Positions 6,222-10,045 of a stretch of DNA of 10,045 bases are shown one piece after another (the first letter of the stretch is position 1; each line of letters starts with the position of its first letter). The notes below the pieces were generated by a model. The model was not told the DNA's origin and did no database searches. It saw only the letters and a program-made list of their open reading frames with translations. The DNA is from Candidatus Methylomirabilia bacterium. Lineage in GTDB: Bacteria > Methylomirabilota > Methylomirabilia > Rokubacteriales > CSP1-6. Both the position numbers and the translations under genes were made by a program. The stretch is from the NCBI GenBank assembly GCA_041496385.1, contig JBGQEL010000143.1, positions 1 to 10,045 of the forward strand, given 5' to 3'.

Positions 6222-8210
6222 GGGAGTGAAAGGCTTCTGCACGAACGGTGTGCCGGGCTCGAGCACGCCATGGTGAACGATCGCATCCCCCGTGTACCCT
6301 GACATGAAGAGGATCTTCATCGCCGGACGGCGCGCGAGGAGACGCTCGGCAAGCTGCGGCCCGCTCGATCCCGGCATGACGACATCCGTGAGCAGAAGCT
6401 CGATCGTCGCCGGATGCAGCTCGGCGAGCCGTAGGGCCTCCTCGGGATCGCCGGCCGTCAGCACCGTGTAGCCGTGCCCGGCGAGGATCTCGCACGCGAG
6501 ATCCCGCAAGTCCTGCTCGTCCTCCACCAGGAGAATCGTCTCGGTGCCGTGGCGGGCCGCGATCGGTCCGCTTCCCTGGATCACGTCTGGGGCCTCCTCG
6601 ATCCGGGGGAAATAGATTTTGAAGGTCGTGCCGCGGCCCGGCTCGCTGTACACCCAGACGTTGCCGCCGCTCTGGGTGACGATCCCGTAGACCGTCGCGA
6701 GACCCAGCCCCGTTCCCTTTCCGGGCGCCTTGGTCGTGAAGAACGGCTCGAAGACTCGTGCGCGCGTCTCCTCGTCCATCCCGGCGCCGCTGTCGCTGGC
6801 GGCGAACAGCACGTACAACCCCGGGCTCGCTCCCGGGTGCGCCCGGGCATACGCCTCGTCCAGCTCGATATTCGCAGTGCTCAGCGTGAGGTGCCCGCCT
6901 CGGGGCATCGCGTCACGCGCGTTGACGGCCAGGTTCAGGACGATCTGCTCGACCTGGCCCGGGTCGACCTTCACGCGCCCGAGGTCAACGCCCGGAACGA
7001 ATCGCAGCGCGACGTCCTCGCCGATCAACTGACGGAGCATGTCCTCCATCGACGCGATGACCTCGTTGAGATCGAGCACTCTGGGCTGGAGAACCTGCTT
7101 CCGGCTGAACGCAAGTAGCTGGGCGACGAGCGCCGTCGCCCGATCGCTGGCCCGCTCGATGATCGCGACATGTCTCTCCGCGGCCTCGTCCCGCTCGAGT
7201 AGGCCGCGCAACAGGTGTGTTCGCCCGCGCACGACCGTCAGCAGGTTGTTGAAGTCGTGGGCGACGCCCCCGGCGAGGCGCCCGATGGCTTCGAGCTTCT
7301 GCATTTGCCGCATCCGCTCCTCGGCGTCGCGGTGCCGCGCGTCGGCACGATCCAGCGAGGCCGCGCTCCAGCAGACGAGGATCACCAACGCGATGGTGGT
7401 CGACGTGACGAGCAGGGCCAGGCCGAACTCGGTGCCGTAGAGGCCTCCCCGCTCGCCCTGCAGCCGGAGCCACCCGAGGACGAACGGGATGCCGATCACC
7501 GCGGGGAACAGGCGCCGTGCCGTGGCGCCCCCGACCCCGCTGCTCGCCACGATCCGCATCAGCCCCCATGAGGGCCGGGCGGCGAGCACCCCGACGGAGA
7601 GCACCAGGAAGGAGAGCGCCGTATGCACGGCGACCGAGCTGAACGGGGCGATCGCGTAGAGCGCACGAACGCCATAGCCGTACCCGACGAGCGAGAGAAA
7701 CGACACGACCATCACGGCCAGGGCGAGCGGTTGCCCAGGACGCGCGACGCGCCAGGCGTCCGTCCCGAAGAGCAGGACCGCCGCGCCGACCACGAAGAAG
7801 CACGCGGCCGTTGCCGCCGCCATCCGACCCGGCCACGGCATCCCGGGGGCCGCCCCGATATCGCGGAAGAGGAGCTGATCGATCCCGAGGTCTCGGTGGA
7901 AGCCGTACTCGCCGAGCGTGAGCAGCCCGATCAGCATCACGATCAGCGCGCATGCCTGCGCGCCTCGATGTGCCCGCGTGGCCGACGCGCCCTCGACATT
8001 CAGGAGCCAGAGCGAGCCTCCCGCCGCGAGGAACGCCAGCGCCGTGTTCGCCTTCATCGTGGCGAGATGGGGAAGAATGCCCTTCACGCGCTCGAGATCG
8101 AGCATCCACCCGACGAGCACCAGGACAGCGACGAAGAGGACGAACAGGCTCGCGCCCTGGGAGACATGCTTCGCGTGGGCAAGAAGCCGGGGGTCCGGCG
8201 CGACGGTCAT
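6183..8210 (-). CDS. Hybrid sensor histidine kinase with about 8 N-terminal TM helices, HisKA, HATPase and a C-terminal receiver domain (675 aa)
   Basis: Probable start ATG 8210 (MTVAPDP). CckA-type H-box AHDFNNLL, then [21 protein letters not shown] and GTGLGL. Receiver motifs [19 protein letters not shown] and KPF. Confidence 0.93.
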   Translation of the reverse strand: MTVAPDPRLLAHAKHVSQGASLFVLFVAVLVLVGWMLDLERVKGILPHLATMKANTALAFLAAGGSLWLLNVEGASATRAHRGAQACALIVMLIGLLTLGEYGFHRDLGIDQLLFRDIGAAPGMPWPGRMAAATAACFFVVGAAVLLFGTDAWRVARPGQPLALAVMVVSFLSLVGYGYGVRALYAIAPFSSVAVHTALSFLVLSVGVLAARPSWGLMRIVASSGVGGATARRLFPAVIGIPFVLGWLRLQGERGGLYGTEFGLALLVTSTTIALVILVCWSAASLDRADARHRDAEERMRQMQKLEAIGRLAGGVAHDFNNLLTVVRGRTHLLRGLLERDEAAERHVAIIERASDRATALVAQLLAFSRKQVLQPRVLDLNEVIASMEDMLRQLIGEDVALRFVPGVDLGRVKVDPGQVEQIVLNLAVNARDAMPRGGHLTLSTANIELDEAYARAHPGASPGLYVLFAASDSGAGMDEETRARVFEPFFTTKAPGKGTGLGLATVYGIVTQSGGNVWVYSEPGRGTTFKIYFPRIEEAPDVIQGSGPIAARHGTETILLVEDEQDLRDLACEILAGHGYTVLTAGDPEEALRLAELHPATIELLLTDVVMPGSSGPQLAERLLARRPAMKILFMSGYTGDAIVHHGVLEPGTPFVQKPFTPETLSQRVRETLG

Positions 8211-8296
8211 GACTCGTGCCGAGGGGTCGGGACGGTGGCCCGCTCGCCCGGAAGACCGCGCGTGCATCCGGTACGACGGTCGATGGGACCGGCCAT
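8207..8296 (-). CDS. Possible 29-aa leader ORF coupled to the hybrid kinase
   Basis: GGGAGG SD before ATG 8296. Translation [29 protein letters not shown]. Its TGA overlaps the kinase ATG (ATGA). Confidence 0.35.
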   Translation of the reverse strand: MAGPIDRRTGCTRGLPGERATVPTPRHES

Positions 8297-8320
8297 GTTC
8301 CGCCCTCCCGTCTGGCGAAG

Positions 8321-8326
8321 ATTCTA
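8321..8326 (-). promoter_or_regulatory. -10 element TAGAAT upstream of the kinase pair
   Basis: 5/6 match to TATAAT in a GC-rich intergenic region, positioned before the GGGAGG SD. No clear -35. Confidence 0.5.
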
Positions 8327-8345
8327 ACCCAGAGTTCTCAGGGGG

Positions 8346-8361
8346 CTCACGAATCCTTGCC
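8346..8361. repeat. 16-bp direct repeat, right copy (CTCACGAATCCTTGCC)
   Basis: Exact match to 4249-4264. Encodes the terminal GKDS-stop of the 62-aa gene. Confidence 0.9.
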
Positions 8362-8535
8362 GGTCAGCCAGCGAAACACGCCGAGCAGGAACAGCCCGAC
8401 ACCGACCATCAGGGGCACCCAGTACTCGGGCACCTGGAGCACCCGGATCAGCACGACGCAGAGGCCGACGAAGGTCACGATGGCGCCGGCCGTCATCAAC
8501 CCCCTGCCGGATCTTGAATGACTCCCAGAGCTCAT
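8347..8535 (-). CDS. Small membrane protein with 2 TM helices (62 aa)
   Basis: GGAGG SD 7 nt before ATG 8535. Two hydrophobic helices (AIVTFVGLCVVLI and WVPLMVGVGLFLLGVF). Confidence 0.78.
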   Translation of the reverse strand: MSSGSHSRSGRGLMTAGAIVTFVGLCVVLIRVLQVPEYWVPLMVGVGLFLLGVFRWLTGKDS

Positions 8536-8553
8536 GGCGGTTCCTCCGTCGAG

Positions 8554-8563
8554 ACGGTAGCAT
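8554..8563. promoter_or_regulatory. Overlapping divergent -10 elements
   Basis: Plus strand TAGCAT (8558-8563) lies 6 nt before ATG 8570. Minus strand TGc-TACCGT (8562-8554) lies just upstream of the GGAGG SD of the 62-aa gene. Confidence 0.5.
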
Positions 8564-8569
8564 GAGGCG

Positions 8570-9307
8570 ATGATCCTTCGCCGACTGGCACTCGGCGCCG
8601 CGGGCGCGTGGATGGCCTACGCTTGGGGCGCCCACCTGCTGACACCCGCCTATGCCTGGCGCGGTCCCGCCACGCGCCGGCGCATCGCGCTCACGTTCGA
8701 CGACGGCCCCGACGCCGTCTGGACGCCGTCCGTGCTCGAGCTCCTGGCGCGGCAGCACGTGCGCGCGTCGTTCTTCCTCGTCGGCCGCCGGGCTGCGCGC
8801 GCGCCCGATACCGTGCGCCGGATCGCGGGGGAGGGCCACGAGGTCGCGAGCCACGCGTGGTCGCACACGAGTTTCTGGCGCCTCGGGCCCCGCGCGACCG
8901 AGCGCGAGGTCGCGCGCACCCACGAGCTGCTGACCGGCCTCGCCGGCCGCGCGCCGCGCCACTTCCGCCCACCCTGGGGCATGGTCAACGCCGCACTCTT
9001 CGGTGCGCTCCGCCGCCACCACGAGCGACTCGTGTTCTGGTCGATCCAGCCCGAGGGCCTGCGGCCCCTCGCCGCCGAGCGCCAGACGCGATACGTCCTC
9101 GCGCGCGCGCATCCGGGAGCCATCGTGGACCTGCACGACGCGGAGGGCACGCCCGCCGCGCCCGAGCGGCTCGTCGCCGCACTCCCCTCCATGATCGACG
9201 GCCTCAGGGCGGCCGGCTACGATCTCACGACCGTCGCCGAGCTGCTCGATGAGGCCCCCGATCAGCGTCCCGCGGTCGCTCCCGTGGGGCCCGGCTCGTT
9301 GACGTAG
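8570..9307 (+). CDS. Polysaccharide deacetylase, CE4 NodB-homology type, with N-terminal hydrophobic segment (245 aa)
   Basis: Motifs LTFDDGP, HEVASHAWSH, FRPPWG and IVDLHD. Confidence 0.93.
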   Translation: MILRRLALGAAGAWMAYAWGAHLLTPAYAWRGPATRRRIALTFDDGPDAVWTPSVLELLARQHVRASFFLVGRRAARAPDTVRRIAGEGHEVASHAWSHTSFWRLGPRATEREVARTHELLTGLAGRAPRHFRPPWGMVNAALFGALRRHHERLVFWSIQPEGLRPLAAERQTRYVLARAHPGAIVDLHDAEGTPAAPERLVAALPSMIDGLRAAGYDLTTVAELLDEAPDQRPAVAPVGPGSLT

Positions 9308-10045
9308 AGCCGGCGGCCGCCCGCGGCGAACACGAGCCGCGCCCCCGGTAAGCCCGCGACGACGCTGTGCTCGACAGGGCGAACACTGACGAGCCAGACG
9401 CGGCGCGCGCCGCCCCAGGCAGCCGCGAGCCTGGCGCCGTCCCAGAACCGCTCGCGGGCCTCCGGACGGAGGGCACCGAACGCCAGCACGCTCCGGCGGC
9501 CGTTCACGATCACGGGGCGTCGTCCCGAGTACCACTCGAGCGCGCCGGAATTCTCGACCGGCCCCTCGTGGGCGACGACGTCCTCCGGGCCCGCGCGTCG
9601 CGCGATCTCGCGTCCGAGGTCACGTACCGCGCGGTGCGATGCCACGAGGGCCAGTCCGGCCGCGACCGAGGGCAGCACGAGCAGCATCGTGGCCACCACG
9701 AGCAACGGTGGCGCCAGACGCGCGCGCGGTCCGAGCCGACGGAACCCGACGCACCACACGCCCAAGGCCAGCGCGCCTGCAGCGAACGCGAGCGCCGTCG
9801 CGACCAGGAGGGGGCGAAAGGCCGCGAACGCCGGGAGTGGCGCGGCCTCGCCGGCGGCGGCGCTCTTGCGCGCCGCGACGTCGGTCGCTCCGAGCACCCA
9901 GTCCATGAAGGGCGCGCCGTCACCCTTCGCCAGCAGTCCGCACGCGAGCGCCACCGCGGCGAACAGGAGCGCGTGGAGCGCGGCGAGCCCGCGCCCTCCC
10001 TGCTCCTCCCAGCCGCGCGCGCCGAGGAGCGCGATGGCGAAGTAG
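9262..10045 (-). CDS. C-terminal part of a polytopic membrane protein, probably an ArnT/GT39-like glycosyltransferase (5' end outside window)
   Basis: The frame stays open to the right edge (YFAIALLGARGW...LAALHALLFAAVALACG...). This resembles the late 'P..ALL.A' helix of ArnT-like proteins, followed by further TM helices and a soluble tail (ALEWYSGRRP, RVWLVS). The catalytic N-terminus is not visible. Confidence 0.55.
   Translation of the reverse strand, partial: YFAIALLGARGWEEQGGRGLAALHALLFAAVALACGLLAKGDGAPFMDWVLGATDVAARKSAAAGEAAPLPAFAAFRPLLVATALAFAAGALALGVWCVGFRRLGPRARLAPPLLVVATMLLVLPSVAAGLALVASHRAVRDLGREIARRAGPEDVVAHEGPVENSGALEWYSGRRPVIVNGRRSVLAFGALRPEARERFWDGARLAAAWGGARRVWLVSVRPVEHSVVAGLPGARLVFAAGGRRLYVNEPGPTGATAGR

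Larger units (their letters stand above)
4265..8345. mobile_element. Putative inserted cassette of two histidine kinases between 16-bp direct repeats; no integrase or transposase
   Basis: Flanking exact repeats. The reconstructed empty site gives a GTGA-coupled gene pair. The kinase genes appear to use more A/T-ending codons than the flanks (by eye). Confidence 0.5.

Noticed and set aside
6163..6495. N-terminal extension of the 714-aa kinase ORF
   Set aside because: It overlaps the receiver domain of the hybrid kinase. ATG 6162 directly precedes the first TM helix.
3702..8288. 8-bp inverted match TCCCATCG (3702-3709) / CGATGGGA (8281-8288) as transposon ends
   Set aside because: Too short to exceed chance, with no transposase and no target duplication.
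1..10045. CRISPR array, rRNA, transposase, and the remaining Arg/Pro/Ala-rich ORFs in the track (for example 1602-2573, 2567-3610, 6985-8109, 8324-9535)
   Set aside because: No regularly spaced repeats or recognisable motifs were seen. These ORFs are alternate-frame or antisense shadows of better-supported genes.

Overview
High-GC bacterial chromosomal window, mostly minus-strand genes. From left to right: a PHP-family metallohydrolase (cut by the edge and missing from the ORF track), a PuuE/HpPgdA-type CE4 deacetylase, a secreted hypothetical protein, a divergent lipoprotein, a 4-TM protein, an NYN (PIN-like) nuclease directly downstream of tRNA-Val(CAC), an M48-like HExxH lipoprotein, two orphan sensor histidine kinases (Cache-HAMP type and multi-TM hybrid), a 62-aa membrane protein, a NodB-type CE4 deacetylase, and the C-terminus of a probable ArnT/GT39-like membrane glycosyltransferase. 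The main unexplained structure is an exact 16-bp direct repeat (CTCACGAATCCTTGCC, 4249-4264 and 8346-8361) bracketing the two kinases. Removing the 4097-bp unit restores a GTGA stop/start-coupled pair (small membrane protein to M48 peptidase), which suggests an inserted kinase cassette with no recombinase of its own. Also noted: a tRNA-minihelix-like hairpin ending in ACCA, short upstream ORFs, a fourfold GAGACCC repeat, and several apparently leaderless promoters. Family assignments come from motifs read by eye, not from database searches. Taxonomy cannot be established from this window.
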